In this document: positions 1 through 12,233 of the stretch, piece after piece
Position numbering within the stretch: position 1 is the first letter of the stretch
How the letters are laid out: each line of letters starts with the position of its first letter
NCBI GenBank assembly: GCA_965224485.1
Contig: CBDCZH010000015.1
Location: 32,001 to 96,000, forward strand
From: Arcobacteraceae bacterium
Lineage (GTDB): Bacteria; Campylobacterota; Campylobacteria; Campylobacterales; Arcobacteraceae
Direction: 5' to 3'
Length of the DNA stretch: 64,000 nt
Notes under the pieces: model-generated
The model's database searches: none
What the model saw: the letters and a program-made list of their open reading frames with translations, nothing else
What the model was told of the DNA's origin: nothing
Translations under genes and position numbers: made by a program

Positions 1-558
1 TTAGCCGGTGTTGATGATGATTTTGAGCATGAAGATGATTTAAAAACAACAGCAAAGAAAAGAGCTTCATGGTTATTTTTAAATCTAGCAACAGCTATTT
101 TAGCCTCTTTAGTAATAGGTATCTTTGATGAAACAATTAAATCATTTATTGCTTTAGCTATTTTAATGCCAATAGTAGCCTCTATGGGTGGAAATGCAGG
201 GACTCAAACACTTACAGTAATGGTAAGACAGTTAGCACTAGGTGATATTGACTTAGAAAATGCTAAAGAAGCTGTAAAAAAAGAGGTTTTCATTTCACTT
301 TTTAATGGTTTATTATTTGCTTTTATTATAGGAATAATTGCATATTTTTGGTTTCATACAGCACTTCTAGGAGTAGTAATTGCTTTATCCATGATAATAA
401 ATCTTTTCGCTGCTGGTTTTTTTGGAGCATCTATTCCTTTATTACTTAAAAAGTATGATATTGACCCAGCAGTTGGAAGTACAGTTTTATTAACAACAGT
501 TACAGATATTGTTGGTTTTTTCTCTTTTTTAATGTTAGCAAAACTTATTCTAGTTTAA
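1..558 (+). CDS. mgtE: Magnesium transporter MgtE, C-terminal part (5' end outside window)
   Basis: Frame open from base 1 (LAGVDDD..KRASWLFLNL..); MgtE motifs MGGNAGTQ and DPAVGSTVLLTTVTDIVG. Confidence 0.93.
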   Translation, partial: LAGVDDDFEHEDDLKTTAKKRASWLFLNLATAILASLVIGIFDETIKSFIALAILMPIVASMGGNAGTQTLTVMVRQLALGDIDLENAKEAVKKEVFISLFNGLLFAFIIGIIAYFWFHTALLGVVIALSMIINLFAAGFFGASIPLLLKKYDIDPAVGSTVLLTTVTDIVGFFSFLMLAKLILV

Positions 559-590
559 AAGAATAAACTTTGCTTTATTTCTTATATAGA

Positions 591-1163
591 TTATTTTCCT
601 AAAGAAGATGATACTATTGCTAAAAACTCATCTTTAGTTTTTTTCTCTTTTTTAAATATTCCTCTTAACGCTGAAGTAACTGTAGTTGAACAAATCTTTT
701 GCACACCCCTCATTTCCATACACATATGCCTTGCATCTACAATAACAGCAACACCTTTTGGTTTTAAATGCTCATTTAATGCATCACAAATTTGCTCAGT
801 AAATTGTTCTTGAATTTGTAATCTTCTTGCAAATACATCAACAACTCTAGGTATTTTTGAAAGTCCAACTACTTTACCATTTGGAATATAAGCAACATGA
901 ACTTTTCCAATAATAGGTAATAAATGGTGTTCACACTGAGAATAAAACTCTATATCTTTTACTACAACCATTTCATCATTACTTGAAGTAAATAAAGCCT
1001 GTTCTATTATCTCTTTTGGATCTTGTTTATACCCACTACACATAAACTCATATGCTTTTCGCACTCTGCTTGGAGTTTTTTCTAAACCTTCTCTGCTTAC
1101 ATCTTCACCTATATACTCAAGCATTGTTTCTACTGCTTGCTCAAACTCTTTTTCTTTACTCAA
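591..1163 (-). CDS. folE: GTP cyclohydrolase I
   Basis: [47 protein letters not shown]. Confidence 0.97.
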   Translation of the reverse strand: MSKEKEFEQAVETMLEYIGEDVSREGLEKTPSRVRKAYEFMCSGYKQDPKEIIEQALFTSSNDEMVVVKDIEFYSQCEHHLLPIIGKVHVAYIPNGKVVGLSKIPRVVDVFARRLQIQEQFTEQICDALNEHLKPKGVAVIVDARHMCMEMRGVQKICSTTVTSALRGIFKKEKKTKDEFLAIVSSSLGK

Positions 1164-1184
1164 AACATATTCCTTATAAACAAA

Positions 1185-2366
1185 TTACACATTAATCACT
1201 TCTTGCATGCTCCAAAGAGGTACAAAAATCGATAAAATCACCCATAAAATTAAAAACATTATGCTAATAAAAAAAATAGGTTCTATTAAAGACGAAAAAT
1301 CTTTTATACTTTTATTAAAATTATATTCATATATTTTAACAACTTCATTAATTGTAAGATTTAAAGAAGAACTTTTAACTCCCGTATCAATAAGACTTAA
1401 TACAATACCATCAAAGATATTAGAATTTTTAAAACAAGTACTTATATCCAACCCACTTTTAAGCTGTGTATTTATATTCGTAATTCTATCTAATAAAAAT
1501 TTATTTTTAAGTAAAAGCATTGAATTTTCTAAAGAAAAAGTGAAATCATACTTTGCTTTTAACAATATATTTAAAGAAGTGAAAAAATTATACAATTCAT
1601 ACATTAAAATTAGTTTTCCTAAAAAAGGAATTTTAAGAATAAGACTATCTAGAAAAAAACAAAATCTCTTATTATTTTTATATAAAAAACTAAAAACATA
1701 ATAAAATACAATCATACTAATTAAAACAAGTAAAAAGTAAGAGAAAAGAAAGTCTTTAGTACTAAGTAAAAGTTTAGTTGCCAGTGGCAGTTTCATTTTA
1801 TACTCAGTAAAAATATATTCAAACTTAGGTATTACAATTGTAAAAATCATTATAAGAGATAAAATAAAAGATATTAATACAAACATAGGATAAGATAGTT
1901 TTGCAATAATTAATTTTTTGTTATCATATTTTTGTTGTAATATGTTTCTAATTGCTTCTACTATATCTTGTAAATTACCTTTTTTAGCTCCTAATTTAAA
2001 AAAATATATTATTTCATAATCTATTATATTTCTAAACTCTTCTAAAGCTTTATGAACCTCTTTTCCACTATTTATAGCATTTTTTATAGCTAATAATAAA
2101 TTTTTTATTTCTTTATGATAAGAATTTTTTAAAAGTATTTCAATTGCATCCATAAACAATATTTTTGCATTTAACATAATATATAATTGAGAAAAGAGAT
2201 TTAATAATTCTACATCTTTAATCTTCTTTTTGTAAAAGATATTTTTAAATTGATATATGCGTTTTATTTTTATAATATCCTTAGAAAAATCTTTTATTTC
2301 AAATTCATTTAAAACCTTTGTTTTAATTTCTTTATTATCTTGATAATATACTTTATAATTTCTCAT
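1185..2366 (-). CDS. Type II secretion/type IV pilus inner-membrane platform protein (GspF/PilC, CtsF-like)
   Basis: Two GspF repeats, LSYP..IVIPKF..LPLATK, LIEP; coupled to a GspE ATPase gene. Confidence 0.9.
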   Translation of the reverse strand: MRNYKVYYQDNKEIKTKVLNEFEIKDFSKDIIKIKRIYQFKNIFYKKKIKDVELLNLFSQLYIMLNAKILFMDAIEILLKNSYHKEIKNLLLAIKNAINSGKEVHKALEEFRNIIDYEIIYFFKLGAKKGNLQDIVEAIRNILQQKYDNKKLIIAKLSYPMFVLISFILSLIMIFTIVIPKFEYIFTEYKMKLPLATKLLLSTKDFLFSYFLLVLISMIVFYYVFSFLYKNNKRFCFFLDSLILKIPFLGKLILMYELYNFFTSLNILLKAKYDFTFSLENSMLLLKNKFLLDRITNINTQLKSGLDISTCFKNSNIFDGIVLSLIDTGVKSSSLNLTINEVVKIYEYNFNKSIKDFSSLIEPIFFISIMFLILWVILSIFVPLWSMQEVINV

Positions 2367-3691
2367 TAAATAACTTTATAAACTTCTTCATAAGTTGTTA
2401 ATTTATCTTCTATTTTCTTTTTTGCATCATCTTCTAAACTCTTAAAGTTTTTAGTTTTCAAGTATTCTTTTATCTCTTCATATGAACTATTTTTGCTAAT
2501 TAGAAAACTAAGAGTAGAATCAATGTTTAAAACCTCACTTATCATAACTCTACCTTGAAACTTAGTATAATTACAAGCTTCGCAACCTTTAAGACAAGAA
2601 CAAAGTTTAAGAACTAATCTTTGAGCAATAATAGTTTTTAAAGTGTTTGAAATCAAAAAAGGTTTTGCTTTTAAGTCATATAATCTATTAATTGTAGAAA
2701 TAGAATCATTTGTATGTAAAGTACTTAATACTAAATGCCCAGTTAGTGCCGCTTGAATTGCCAAAGAAAGAGATTTCTCATCTCTTATTTCTCCTATAAA
2801 GATTATATCTGGGTCTTGTCGTAGTATATCTTTTAAGATTTTAGAGAAACTAAGACCTATTTCATTATTTATAGGAATTTGCTGTATTCCTTTAATTTGG
2901 TATTCAATAGGATCCTCAACTGTAATAATTTTTTTAGATGAATTATTTAATTCACTTAAAATTGAGTATAAAGTTGTAGTTTTACCACTTCCTGTTGGTC
3001 CAGTTACTAAAATCAAACCTCTATTTTGTAAAATTGATTTTTTAATTAAAAGAAGATTATCTTCCAAGAATCCGATTTTATTTAAATTTTTTTCTATTGT
3101 AAATTCATTTAAAATTCTTATAACAAGAGATTCACCTAAAATTGTAGGCATGAAAGAGACTCTAAAATCATACTTCTTAGCATCTAAAAAAGAAGAGAAA
3201 CGCCCATTTTGAGGAAGTCTACTTAGAGTTAGGTCAAGTTTTGCTTTAAGCTTAATATATGAAGACAATTGATAAAAATATTTTTTTTCATATCTTGCAA
3301 ATACTTTCAAACTTCCATCAATTCTAAATCTAACAATAAAACTCTCTTCACAACTTTCAAAATGAATATCACTAGAATTCTTACTAAGTGCAAAGATTAA
3401 AAGAAGTGAAAGAAACTCTTTTATATCAAAGTCATTTTTACTTAATAATAAAGTATATAAATTATTTTGAATATCAATATTACTTAGATAAAATAGTAAT
3501 TCATCTTCTTTTACTTTAATTGTTTTTATGCTTTCTTTATTTAATACAGTTAAATTACTATTTTTGCAAACTGCAAATTTTGTATATATTTCATATGAAT
3601 GTATTGGAAATATTTTATTAGCAAATAAATATTTATACTCATAGTTTAGAACTAAAGAATAATCAATAAGTTCTTCATCTAAACTATTCAT
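2366..3691 (-). CDS. GspE/PulE/PilB family ATPase (CtsE-like)
   Basis: SDIHFE, RFRIDG, GPTGSGKTT, TVEDPIE, LRQDPD, TGHLVLSTLHTND. Confidence 0.95.
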   Translation of the reverse strand: MNSLDEELIDYSLVLNYEYKYLFANKIFPIHSYEIYTKFAVCKNSNLTVLNKESIKTIKVKEDELLFYLSNIDIQNNLYTLLLSKNDFDIKEFLSLLLIFALSKNSSDIHFESCEESFIVRFRIDGSLKVFARYEKKYFYQLSSYIKLKAKLDLTLSRLPQNGRFSSFLDAKKYDFRVSFMPTILGESLVIRILNEFTIEKNLNKIGFLEDNLLLIKKSILQNRGLILVTGPTGSGKTTTLYSILSELNNSSKKIITVEDPIEYQIKGIQQIPINNEIGLSFSKILKDILRQDPDIIFIGEIRDEKSLSLAIQAALTGHLVLSTLHTNDSISTINRLYDLKAKPFLISNTLKTIIAQRLVLKLCSCLKGCEACNYTKFQGRVMISEVLNIDSTLSFLISKNSSYEEIKEYLKTKNFKSLEDDAKKKIEDKLTTYEEVYKVI

Positions 3692-4373
3692 CTAGGTATA
3701 ACTTAATTTTTTCACTTGTAAGATTTTTTTTTAATTCTATATAGTTTCTTTGTATCTTAATAAGTTTATAATCTTTATAAAATTCATTTATCTTAAGCCA
3801 TTTTGTATTTAACAAAACATTATTTCCAATTATTGCATAAAGTTTATCTTCCTTTTTAATACTTAATCTTGCCTCATATTCTTGTAACTCTAAGAGATTC
3901 TTAGCAAAAAGTTTATCATCAAAAATTTTATTAGATAAATTTTTTTTCAAAACAAGAGTTATTTCAAGATTTTTTTCTTTGCTATTATTTAAATCTTTTA
4001 TAGTAAAGTTTTTTATTAATAAATTAGAATAATTAGTCTCACAATATTTAATAAACTTCAATAAACTTTTTAAATCACTTGATAAACTATATATTATTTT
4101 ATACTTAGAAATTTTTGTTTCTAATATTAAAAGTTTCTCTTTTTTAATATAGTTTTCAATATTAAAAGCTATTCTTAGATAGTTTTTTTTACCTGTAAGC
4201 CCAATTTTTATTTTATTTATTTTTTCTTTTAATATAAATATATTATTACTTATTTGACTATCTTTTTTATAAAAATACTTATTTGATATATATATACTAA
4301 AAATAGTAAGAAAAAATATTAGAACAAATATATTAAAAATATATTTTTGCATGTATTTCATAATCTGATCCAT
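3684..4373 (-). CDS. Hypothetical membrane-anchored protein, probable secretion/competence accessory (true start probably ~4350)
   Basis: N-terminal TM segment; overlaps gspE-like start. Confidence 0.6.
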   Translation of the reverse strand: MDQIMKYMQKYIFNIFVLIFFLTIFSIYISNKYFYKKDSQISNNIFILKEKINKIKIGLTGKKNYLRIAFNIENYIKKEKLLILETKISKYKIIYSLSSDLKSLLKFIKYCETNYSNLLIKNFTIKDLNNSKEKNLEITLVLKKNLSNKIFDDKLFAKNLLELQEYEARLSIKKEDKLYAIIGNNVLLNTKWLKINEFYKDYKLIKIQRNYIELKKNLTSEKIKLYLDE

Positions 4374-5226
4374 TCTTATTTATTGAACTAATAACACTAT
4401 TTTGATAATTTTTCATAAAATCATATAAAAAAATTCTTTTTTTTGAAATAATATCTAATGAAATATTCTTATTTTCAAATATTAATTTAGTTATTTTCAT
4501 ATCACTTTTTTGAATTTCCAAATATATATCTAATAATTTAAGAGATATGTAGTTTTTATTCTTTTTTTCTTTTTGTAAGTTTTTATATTCATTATGTAAA
4601 GAGTTTAAAATATTTTTATTTTTCGTAAAAAATAAATTATTTGAATAATAAAAAAGAAAGAAACAAAGACATAAAATAATTAACAAAAACTTAAATGAAA
4701 AAAAAGAAGTTTTACTTATATATAAAGTTTTACTCTCAAAACTATTTATATTAAACTTACTTTTAAATTCATTTAAAGTATTTTCTTCTATTAGATACTC
4801 TTTTTTTATAATTAAAAAAAACTTTTTTTCTAAAAAACTTTTAATTTCACTACCAGTCATTTCATTTGATTTTTTTTGATAATAATAAATCTCACTATTC
4901 TTAAATAAAACAAAATAGTCTTGCAATAAACATAAAACATAATTATCTTCAGTAGTATTATTAAAATTATCATTAAGACTATTTATATGTGAACATATCA
5001 ACTCAAACTCTAATATAGGTTTTTTGTTTTTTGTTTTAAATGTTGAAATTTGATAATAATTAGCTTGTTTTAAATATGTATAGAATATCTTACTATTAGA
5101 ATATAGTTTAATATTATTTTTTTTTAAAGAAGTAAGCAAAAACTCATTTAGCACTTCTTCTAAAATCTCAGATTTTACTTTTATTAGAGTAGAAAAGATA
5201 TCTTTTGGTTTTATAAAATAATCCAT
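4333..5226 (-). CDS. Hypothetical protein with central TM helix (GspL/PilN-like topology)
   Basis: 297-aa ORF, single TM, first gene of the gspE/F-like operon. Confidence 0.55.
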   Translation of the reverse strand: MDYFIKPKDIFSTLIKVKSEILEEVLNEFLLTSLKKNNIKLYSNSKIFYTYLKQANYYQISTFKTKNKKPILEFELICSHINSLNDNFNNTTEDNYVLCLLQDYFVLFKNSEIYYYQKKSNEMTGSEIKSFLEKKFFLIIKKEYLIEENTLNEFKSKFNINSFESKTLYISKTSFFSFKFLLIILCLCFFLFYYSNNLFFTKNKNILNSLHNEYKNLQKEKKNKNYISLKLLDIYLEIQKSDMKITKLIFENKNISLDIISKKRIFLYDFMKNYQNSVISSINKNGSDYEIHAKIYF

Positions 5227-5400
5227 AAGTAATAATATAATTTCTTTTATTATTAATAGCTTAAAATAGAATATTCTTTATATTAATTTTATTTTTATAA
5301 TTTCATATAATTATGAGTTAGAATTACAAAGAGTTAAAGAATAGTAAGTTTAGAAAAGATATTAAGTTAAAAAACTTAGTTTAGGATTGTTTCTTCTTAG

Positions 5401-5425
5401 ACCTAGGAGCTATTAGCTCCTAGGT
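5401..5425 (-). terminator. Hairpin downstream of era
   Basis: ACCTAGGAGC-TATTA-GCTCCTAGGT perfect 10-bp stem. Confidence 0.6.
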
Positions 5426-5436
5426 ATCATAGACAA

Positions 5437-6318
5437 CTAATCTATATCATATCCTAGTTCTTGTAAACCAGCTTTATTTTTAGTCCAACCTTTTTTAATA
5501 GAAACAAAAAGTTCTAAGTATACTTTTCTTCCAGTAAGTTTTTCTATTTTAAGTCTAGCATCTTTTCCAATTCTTTTAATTGCAGCAGCATTTTTTCCAA
5601 TAATCATACCTTTTTGAGTAGATTTTTGAACAATTATTGTAGCTTTTATTACATCAAGATTATTTTTTTCATCAACTTTATTAATTAAAACATCTGTTTC
5701 ATAAGGAATTTCATCAGAGATATTATCAAAAATTGCTTCTCTTATAAACTCTTTAAAAATAGTTCTTAAGTGTTCAGTTGTCATAATATCAGGATCAAAT
5801 AAATAAGGATGTACTGGTAAATATTTTATAACATCATCTAAAATATCATCATGAGTAGTTGCTTTTTTAATAGAAACTGGAATAATAGCTTCATATTTAT
5901 CACTAAAACTCTCATACTCTTTCATTTTATTTAATACTTCTTCATTTGAAACAAAATCTATTTTTGTTAAAAGAAGAATATGTTTTACATTTTTTTTGTT
6001 TTTTACTAAAAAATCTTCATAATGAGAAACTTTATCCGTAACAGGAGCTAAGAATAAAATTAAATCACAATCACCCATTGCTTTTAGAGCTTCTTCTAAC
6101 ATATAAATATTTAAAAGTTTTTCTGTTTGATGAAGACCTGGAGTATCTACAAAGATTATTTGATTCTCTTTGTGCATTACTATTATGTTCGATCTTTTTC
6201 TTGTTGCATTTGCTTTATGAGAAACCATTGCTATTTTTTCGCCAACTAACCAGTTAACTAATGAACTTTTTCCAGCATTAGGACGCCCTACTACTGATAC
6301 ATATCCACATTTTGTCAT
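5437..6318 (-). CDS. era: GTPase Era
   Basis: GRPNAGKSS, DTPG, EIPY, KH-domain GMIIGK; start at ATG 6318 after AAGGA. Confidence 0.96.
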   Translation of the reverse strand: MTKCGYVSVVGRPNAGKSSLVNWLVGEKIAMVSHKANATRKRSNIIVMHKENQIIFVDTPGLHQTEKLLNIYMLEEALKAMGDCDLILFLAPVTDKVSHYEDFLVKNKKNVKHILLLTKIDFVSNEEVLNKMKEYESFSDKYEAIIPVSIKKATTHDDILDDVIKYLPVHPYLFDPDIMTTEHLRTIFKEFIREAIFDNISDEIPYETDVLINKVDEKNNLDVIKATIIVQKSTQKGMIIGKNAAAIKRIGKDARLKIEKLTGRKVYLELFVSIKKGWTKNKAGLQELGYDID

Positions 6319-6398
6319 TTTATTCCTTTTATAAGGGTGTTTTATACTATATAACACCTGTAATCAATTACAAGATAAATACTTAACTTGTAAAACCT

Positions 6399-7908
6399 CT
6401 ATCTTTTTCTAAAACTTAAAGCTTGTAATAGATGTTTTTTTTCAATTTTTAAAGAAGAATCTAAATCTGCGATTGTTCTTGAAATTTTTAAAACTTTATT
6501 TATGGCTCTAAATGATAATTGGAAGTTTACAATAGCTTGATTTAAAACCTTATTGCTTGGCTCATCTAATATACAAAACTTATTAATTTCTTTATCATTT
6601 AGTTTTCCATTTAATTCACTCTGACCTCTATTTTTTTTGCATAATAAAAGAATTTAGTACTTTTTCATACATTAAAGATGAAGAAATATCAGTTTTCTGC
6701 TCATAATCAACTTCATTCATAGTAACAAATAAATCAATTCTGTCTAAAAAAGGTTCAGATAACTTTGATTTATATTTTTTTATTTCTAAATCAGAGCAAA
6801 TACAGTTTTTGTTTAAACTTAGTAAATTACCACAAGCACAGGGGTTTTGAGCTGCTATAAATAAAAACTTTGTGGGATAATTTATTTTTGAATTTACTCT
6901 TGAGATTAAAATATTATAATCTTCTAAAGGTTCTCGAAGAGCTTCTAAAACCATTTTTGCAAAATGAGGCAATTCATCAAAAAAAAGTATTCCATTATTT
7001 GCAAGTGCCACTTCCCCTATTTTAGCACTAAGACTCCCTCCTCCAAAAATTGAAGCTTTTGTTGAAGTATGATGAGGATTTCTAAAAACAACTTTAGGTG
7101 AGAAATCTGGTTCTCTTAATTCTAGTGAATCTAGTTTTGCTTTTTGTAAAATATCTTCTATACATAAAGGAGGCATTATATATTGCATTCGTTTACTTAT
7201 CATAGATTTACCACAACCAGGACTTCCTGTAAATAAAATATTGTGATTTCCACAAACAGATATAAGAGCTGCTTGTTTCGCTAGCTGCTGTCCTTTTACT
7301 TCTTTAAAATCATATAGAAATTCTTCCTCATAAAAGTACTCTTTTTCTTTAAGTACAATTTTTTTATATTTAAAATCAATATTTTTAACCCTATTATTTT
7401 CTTTATTATTAAAGGTAAAAAAATCACAAGCTTGTGAAAATGTTTTAACACAGTAAATATTTATATTTGGGATTTTTGACACTTTTTCATAAGACTCATA
7501 GGGAATAAGAACATTTTTTAGTAATTTTTGTTCAACAAGTGATAAAATTATTGCAAACATAGTTTTAGTATCTTTTAATTTTCCATCTAAACCAAGTTCA
7601 GCAAAAACATAAAAATCTTCAAATGATACTTTTTTATCATATAAAGCAATTAAAAGAGCGATTCCTAAATCAAAATGCGTTCCAGATTTATTTATATCAG
7701 AAGGAGATAGATTAATGGTAATTTTTTTAGGGGGAAATTTATAATCATTTGTTAATAGGGCTGATTTAACTCTATCACGTGATTCTTGTATGGAAGAACT
7801 TACAAGGCCAACGATTGAGAAAGAGGGAAGACCTTTAGTAAAGGATGCTTCAACATCAATACTAATAGCTTCTAAAGAGTTAATACAAGCAGCTTTTAAA
7901 AGTTTCAT
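6399..7908 (-). CDS. comM: ComM/YifB Mg-chelatase-like AAA ATPase, one apparent frameshift (extra A at 6631-6638)
   Basis: GLPSFSIVGL, GSPGCGKSM, PHH, GILFFDELP; removing one A restores ..KISRTIADL..ALSFRKR*. Confidence 0.88.
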
Positions 7909-7972
7909 AAACAATCCAATAAATAATTTATTAAATTATAATATCTTTTTGCTTTATGTTTTTATAAAAAAA

Positions 7973-8488
7973 CTATAATCTCTCTTTTAAAGCTCTTTTC
8001 CAATCTTTTTCGAATTTTTTTCTTTTGTTTAATGATAGTTTCTCAATAAAAAGATGTCCTTCTAAATGATCTAATTCATGTTGCCAAGCAACAGCTAAAA
8101 AATCACTTGTTTCAAGAATTATTTTATTTCCATTTCTATCATAATATTCAACTATAATATCTTGTGCTCTTTTTATATCTTCATTAAACCCAGGAACACT
8201 TAAACAACCCTCAGTAAAAATCTGAACTCCATTTTTATATGTTATTTTTGGATTAATAGCTTCTATTAAATTTTCTTTTTCTTGCATGTTTTCTTCATCT
8301 GGTGCATTAATAATTAAAACATTTAAAGGAATTGAAACTTGAATAGCTGCTAAACCTACACCCTCATGAGAGAGCATAGTTTCATACATATCATCTAATA
8401 AAGTGTGAAGTTCATTATCGAACTTCACAACATCATGTGATTTTGTTCTAAGTAGTGGGTTTGGGTAAGTTATTACATCTCTAATCAT
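7973..8488 (-). CDS. def: Peptide deformylase
   Basis: GVGLAAIQ, EGCLS, QHELDHLEG. Confidence 0.97.
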   Translation of the reverse strand: MIRDVITYPNPLLRTKSHDVVKFDNELHTLLDDMYETMLSHEGVGLAAIQVSIPLNVLIINAPDEENMQEKENLIEAINPKITYKNGVQIFTEGCLSVPGFNEDIKRAQDIIVEYYDRNGNKIILETSDFLAVAWQHELDHLEGHLFIEKLSLNKRKKFEKDWKRALKERL

Positions 8489-9072
8489 TATTTATGACTT
8501 TTAATAACCTCATCAATTAAACCATAAGAACAAGCTTCAGAAGCAGACATAAAATTATCTCTGTCTGTATCTTTTTCAATAGTTTTAATATCTTGACCTG
8601 TTTGTTCTGCAATCATAGCATTTAAACTATCTTTCATTCTTTGAATTTCAGCAGCCTGAATCTGAATATCAGTAGCTTGCCCTTGTGCTCCACCTAAAGG
8701 TTGGTGAATCATAATTCTTGAGTTTGGAAGTGAATATCTTTTGCCTTTTTGCCCAGCTGATAATAAGAATGCACCCATAGAAGCTGCTTGTCCAATACAA
8801 ATCGTACTAACATCAGCTTTTATATAGTTCATCGTATCATAAATAGACATACCACTAGTAATTACTCCACCTGGAGAGTTAATATATAAATAAATATCTT
8901 TTTCTGGATCTTCTGCATCAAGAAAAAGAAGTTGTGCAACAATAGTTGAAGCAACAGCATCATTTATTTCACCACTTAACATAATAATTCTATCTTTTAA
9001 CAATCGAGAGTAGATATCGTAAGATCTCTCACCTCGACCAGTTTTTTCAACTACATATGGGATATAACTCAT
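8488..9072 (-). CDS. clpP: Clp protease proteolytic subunit
   Basis: [32 protein letters not shown]. Confidence 0.98.
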   Translation of the reverse strand: MSYIPYVVEKTGRGERSYDIYSRLLKDRIIMLSGEINDAVASTIVAQLLFLDAEDPEKDIYLYINSPGGVITSGMSIYDTMNYIKADVSTICIGQAASMGAFLLSAGQKGKRYSLPNSRIMIHQPLGGAQGQATDIQIQAAEIQRMKDSLNAMIAEQTGQDIKTIEKDTDRDNFMSASEACSYGLIDEVIKSHK

Positions 9073-9091
9073 AGTATATTTTCCTATTCTT

Positions 9092-10393
9092 TTATTTAGC
9101 TAATTTTTCGTCTAATAATTTAGTAATAACTTTTTCTTCAATCATTGACATTTTAATTGCAGGTAAATATCCAGCTTCTTGGTATTGTTTTAATACATCT
9201 TGAGGATTTTGACCCATTTGCATTGCTTCGTAATATATAACTTGAGAAACTTCTTGATCATTAATATCAACATTTTCAGCTTTTGCAAGTGCATCTACAA
9301 TAAAGGTAGCTCTAACTGCTGCTTGTGCATCTTCTTTAAGTTCATCTCTCATAGCATCTACTTTTTTAGCATCTTCTTGTAAAGCTTTAATCTCGTCTTC
9401 TTTCATATCTTTAACTTTGTTATTTAAAACCATGTTAATTTCTTGATCAACTACTGAAGTTGGAAGTGCAAAGTTTAAAGATCTAACTAAAGCATCTAAA
9501 TACTCAGGTTTTAACTCATCTCTATAATAAGTTGCTTTTTGTTCAGCTGTGATTTGTTCTTCAATTTTAGCTTTTAATGTATCTAAAGTTGCTTCTTTTT
9601 CACCTGGTAACATTTTTTTAGCAAACTCATCATCAAGCTCACCAGCTACTTTTTCTTGAATTTCATGTAAAGTTACTTTAAATGTAGCTTCTTTACCAGC
9701 TAAATCTTTTGATTGGTACTCTTTTGGGAAAGTAACAACAACGTCTTTACTTTCTTCATATTTCATACCAATAATTTGTTCTTCAAAACCTGGAATAAAA
9801 GAATTTGAACCAATTTGAAGTGCATAATTTTCACCCTTACCACCTTCAAATGCAACACCATCAACAAAACCTTCAAAATCAATTAAAGCATGATCTTGAT
9901 CTTTAGCAGCTCTTTTTCTTTTGATTTTACTTAAAGTTGCTCCTGATTTAGCCATATCTTCTAATCTATCAGTTACATCTTTAGCTTTAGCTTTTTTAGA
10001 CTCTACTTTTGGAAGTAAAGCTTTATAATCACCTAAATCAACTTCTGGCTTGCAAGCAACTTGTACTTCAATATCAATATCACCAGAATCTTTTTTCTCA
10101 AACTTAGTAACAGCTGGCTCACCAATTAAATTTTCATTTGCAATTTTAAGTTCTTCTAAACCTGCAGTTAATACTTCTCTTAAAGCATCACTTTCAGCAT
10201 CTTGAACTAATTTCTCACCATATCTTGCTTTTACAATATGTGTAGGAACCTTACCTTTTCTAAACCCTTGAACATCCATAGTTTTAGCAGCTTCTTTTGC
10301 TATTTTGTCAACATTTGTATCAATATCAGCTTTTTTTAGTGTAGCCGTTATAGTTACATTTGCTTCGTCAATTTTTTTTGCGTTAAATTTCAT
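9092..10393 (-). CDS. tig: Trigger factor
   Basis: [12 protein letters not shown] domain [11 protein letters not shown]; upstream of clpP. Confidence 0.97.
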   Translation of the reverse strand: MKFNAKKIDEANVTITATLKKADIDTNVDKIAKEAAKTMDVQGFRKGKVPTHIVKARYGEKLVQDAESDALREVLTAGLEELKIANENLIGEPAVTKFEKKDSGDIDIEVQVACKPEVDLGDYKALLPKVESKKAKAKDVTDRLEDMAKSGATLSKIKRKRAAKDQDHALIDFEGFVDGVAFEGGKGENYALQIGSNSFIPGFEEQIIGMKYEESKDVVVTFPKEYQSKDLAGKEATFKVTLHEIQEKVAGELDDEFAKKMLPGEKEATLDTLKAKIEEQITAEQKATYYRDELKPEYLDALVRSLNFALPTSVVDQEINMVLNNKVKDMKEDEIKALQEDAKKVDAMRDELKEDAQAAVRATFIVDALAKAENVDINDQEVSQVIYYEAMQMGQNPQDVLKQYQEAGYLPAIKMSMIEEKVITKLLDEKLAK

Positions 10394-10494
10394 TAAATTT
10401 ACTCCAATTATTATAATTTTGTGCGATTTTAGCTAAGTTTTACTAAAGCTTTAATAAAATTACTTTTTAAAAATCCTTAAATAAAGTCTTATTA

Positions 10495-12224
10495 ATGCAA
10501 TTTTTATACCAAAACGTACTATTTATGATGTTAGTTCCGATTCTTTTGTTAATTTTTTTAATTTCAACAAAAAAAGATTCTATGCAAAAAATATTTACAT
10601 TTGCTACTTTAGAAAAACTATTGGTCTCAAATAAACATATGACAAAAAGAGGAAGAAACATTCTTTTATTCCTAAGTTTAATCTTAATGTTAATAGCACT
10701 TGCAAGACCTGTTACAAATGAAAAAATACAAAGTTTTAAACAAGAAGTCACTCCAATAGTTGTAATAATTGATATTTCTAAATCTATGTTGGCAAGTGAT
10801 ATTTCACCAAGTAGACTTAAAATGGCAAAGTACAAACTACTTGAACTTATAAAACTTTCAAAAAACTCTGCTTTAGCTGTAGTATTGTTTGCTAAATCAG
10901 CTTTTATACTCTCTCCTATTACTCAAGACTTTAAATCTCTTAAGTATTTAGTAAATAATTTTGATGATACAAAAAACTTTGACAATGGTTCTAATATATT
11001 AGCTTCGCTTGAAGCTAGCAATAAACTTCTTAAGAATTATAAAAATAAAAATGTTCTTTTATTAAGTGATGGAGGAAGTAAAAAAGACTTTTCAATTGAG
11101 ATAGATTATGCAAATGAAAAAAATCTTAAAGTATATACATTAGCTCTTGCTACATCTAAAGCTACTCCTATTAAAATAAATGATGAGTATTTAACAAACA
11201 AAAATGGAGATATAGTAACTGTTGCTTTAAATGAAAATATAAAAGACTTATCTTTACAAACAAATGCAGCTTATATAAAATATGATATTTCAAATAAAGA
11301 CATAAGTACTATTTATAATGAAATAATTAGTTCAAGTTCAAAAGATGAGTTACAAGAGCAAAAATATAAGGTTTATACTGAACTATTTTATTATCCTCTT
11401 AGCTTAGGTATTTTATTTTTATTTTTAGCATTTTCTTCTTTTCCAAGTAAAAAAGCACTCTTAATTTTATTATCTTTGTTTTTAGCAAGTCAAAATAAAC
11501 TAGAAGCTTCTATTATGGATTTTAACACTATTAAAGAGGCAAATAAGCAATATCTAAATAAAGAGTATCAAAATGCTTCTAAAAGCTTTTCAAAGCTTAC
11601 TAGTACTAAAGAAGGACATTATAACTATGCTAATGCTTTATATAAAAACAAAAAGTATAAAAATGCTTTAAGTGAGTATAAAAAAGTGATAAGTTCCAAT
11701 AAAAACCTAGAGTTTAAAAAACTTCATAATATGGGAAATACCTATGTACAGTTAAAAGATTTACAAAATGCAAAAAAACTATATGAAAATGCCTTAAAGC
11801 TAGAAGAGAACAAAGAAACAAGAGAAAACTTAGAGTTCGTAAATAAACTCTTAAAAAAACAAAAAAAATAAAGACAAGAATAAAGATAAAAAAGATAAAA
11901 AAGATAAAAATAATAAAGATAATAAAGATAAAAAAGATAAAGACAAACAAGAGTCTAAAAAAGATTCTGATGAGAAAAAGAGTAAAGAGCAAAAAGATAA
12001 AGAAAACAAAGAAAATAAAAATTCTTCAAAGAAAAAAAGTCAAAAGAAAAGTGAAAAAGATAGTAAGAAAAGTAAAAGTCAGAATAATACAAAAGAAAAT
12101 AAAGATGAAATGAAGTGAATTAGAAGAGAAAAAATGGCTTAAAAAAATACAAAATCAAAAAAGTCCTATTTTACTTAGAAAATTCAACTCAAAGAGTGAG
12201 GAAAATATCTCAACTCCTTGGTAG
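10495..12224 (+). CDS. vWA + TPR membrane protein (BatB/BatC-like), apparent frameshifts at ~11865 and ~12113
   Basis: LARP, DISKSM MIDAS, LLSDG, TPR repeats; corrected frame continues via a K/D-rich linker to ..EEKKWLKKI..TPW*. Confidence 0.82.
11870..11945 (+). repeat. Imperfect 9-bp tandem repeat (AAAGATAAA/AAAGATAAT) encoding a KDK linker
   Basis: Visible tandem units. Confidence 0.7.
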
Positions 12225-12233
12225 TTAATATAT

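Noticed and set aside
6399..7908. Mg-chelatase-like ATPase as partner of the CobN-like proteins
   Set aside because: It is the ComM/YifB family, cytoplasmic and in a housekeeping context.
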